DNA from: an uncultured Methylococcaceae bacterium
Lineage (GTDB): Bacteria; Pseudomonadota; Gammaproteobacteria; Methylococcales; Methylomonadaceae
Direction of reading: 5' to 3'
Assembly: GCA_964515235.1 (NCBI GenBank)
Contig: CAZEVO010000008.1
Span: 1,542-65,541, forward strand
Length of the DNA: 64,000 nt
Made by a program: the position numbers and the translations under genes. Position 1 is the first letter of the stretch. Each line of letters begins with the position of its first letter. The notes below the pieces were generated by a model. It did no database searches, was not told the origin of the DNA, and was given only the letters and a program-made list of their open reading frames with translations. Below are positions 63,436 through 64,000 of the stretch, in pieces.

Positions 63436-63565
63436 ACCCTCATTTTCTGAACCACCTCCCGTTATTACCCCCCCTAACAACTCTATATTGATCTCCGTCA
63501 AGACTTAGAATTAATTTATTCTTTAGTCTTAACTTAATACCTGAACACGCCTCTCAATTAAACCC

Positions 63566-64000
63566 ATGCGAAAACTCATTGCATCAGCCGTAAAACAAAA
63601 CATTGACCGCCAAGTTTCACCTACCGGACTAAGCATTTTTCGCTGCTTTTATGGAGTTATTGTTTTCCAGGAAGCCATATTCTTATTATTTTTCCGTCAC
63701 TTAATATTTGACCCAGTTCCCTTTATTAATCATGCGTATCCGCTCATTCCTTTATTCCTAATCTTTTGGGCCTTTATTGGGATCTGTTTAATGGTTGGCC
63801 GCTACTGCCAATTTGCCACTATCAGTAATTATTTACTCTGGCTCGTGTTCCTCAACTTTACTCCGATGCGCCATGAGTTTTCAGGTGGTTTCGATCAATT
63901 CATGGTTGCCTGTGGTTTTCTGCTCATATTCCTGCCGATAAACCGCAACTGGTCACTTGATTTACTCAATCATCGTCTTCGCAACTTATCTCTTGATTAC
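63566..64000 (+). CDS. HTTM-domain (vitamin K-dependent gamma-carboxylase-like) membrane protein, 5' part only
   Basis: The frame is open from ATG 63566 to the window edge (145 codons). The N-terminal 'GLSIFRCFYGVIVF' fits the HTTM 'L..FR..(F/Y)G' signature and is followed by several TM segments. Confidence 0.6.
   Translation, partial: MRKLIASAVKQNIDRQVSPTGLSIFRCFYGVIVFQEAIFLLFFRHLIFDPVPFINHAYPLIPLFLIFWAFIGICLMVGRYCQFATISNYLLWLVFLNFTPMRHEFSGGFDQFMVACGFLLIFLPINRNWSLDLLNHRLRNLSLDY

Overview
The window is a densely packed, AT-rich (about 40% G+C by eye, not computed) chromosomal core region of a gammaproteobacterium. I call about 63 protein genes. I found no rRNA, tRNA, CRISPR array, IS element, integrase or prophage signal. 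Gene order follows well-known gammaproteobacterial synteny blocks: suhB|trmJ-cysE-(isc); ilvIH-ilvC-pssA-leuA; pcnB-folK-panBCD; lptFG|pepA-holC-valS; pilBC-coaE-zapD|mutT-argJ; glyQS-gmhB-plsC. Lifestyle hints point to C1 and thiol metabolism. These include an NAD-type molybdenum formate dehydrogenase, a PPi-dependent phosphofructokinase, rpiA and a 'quinoprotein-associated' SoxYZ-like carrier. They also include many sulfur/thiol genes: an APS reductase-type cysH, gshA, bcp, cysE, a cysteine desulfurase, IscA, TusA, a PP-loop thiolase-like enzyme and metH. I see no clear-cut novel multi-gene system such as a defence island. Four loci are the least explained. (1) A lysR / periplasmic MBL hydrolase / fused SoxY-SoxZ-like carrier operon lies back-to-back with the formate dehydrogenase genes. 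(2) A stand-alone ThiI/MnmA-like PP-loop ATPase is translationally coupled to TusA and followed by an unusually long CDF transporter. (3) An unannotated 43-codon membrane peptide gene with a strong SD and its own terminator lies just upstream of an HTTM (gamma-carboxylase-like) gene that is cut by the window edge. (4) A 17-bp RNA hairpin buries the pilB ribosome-binding site. All family names come from motif recognition and recall, not from database searches.
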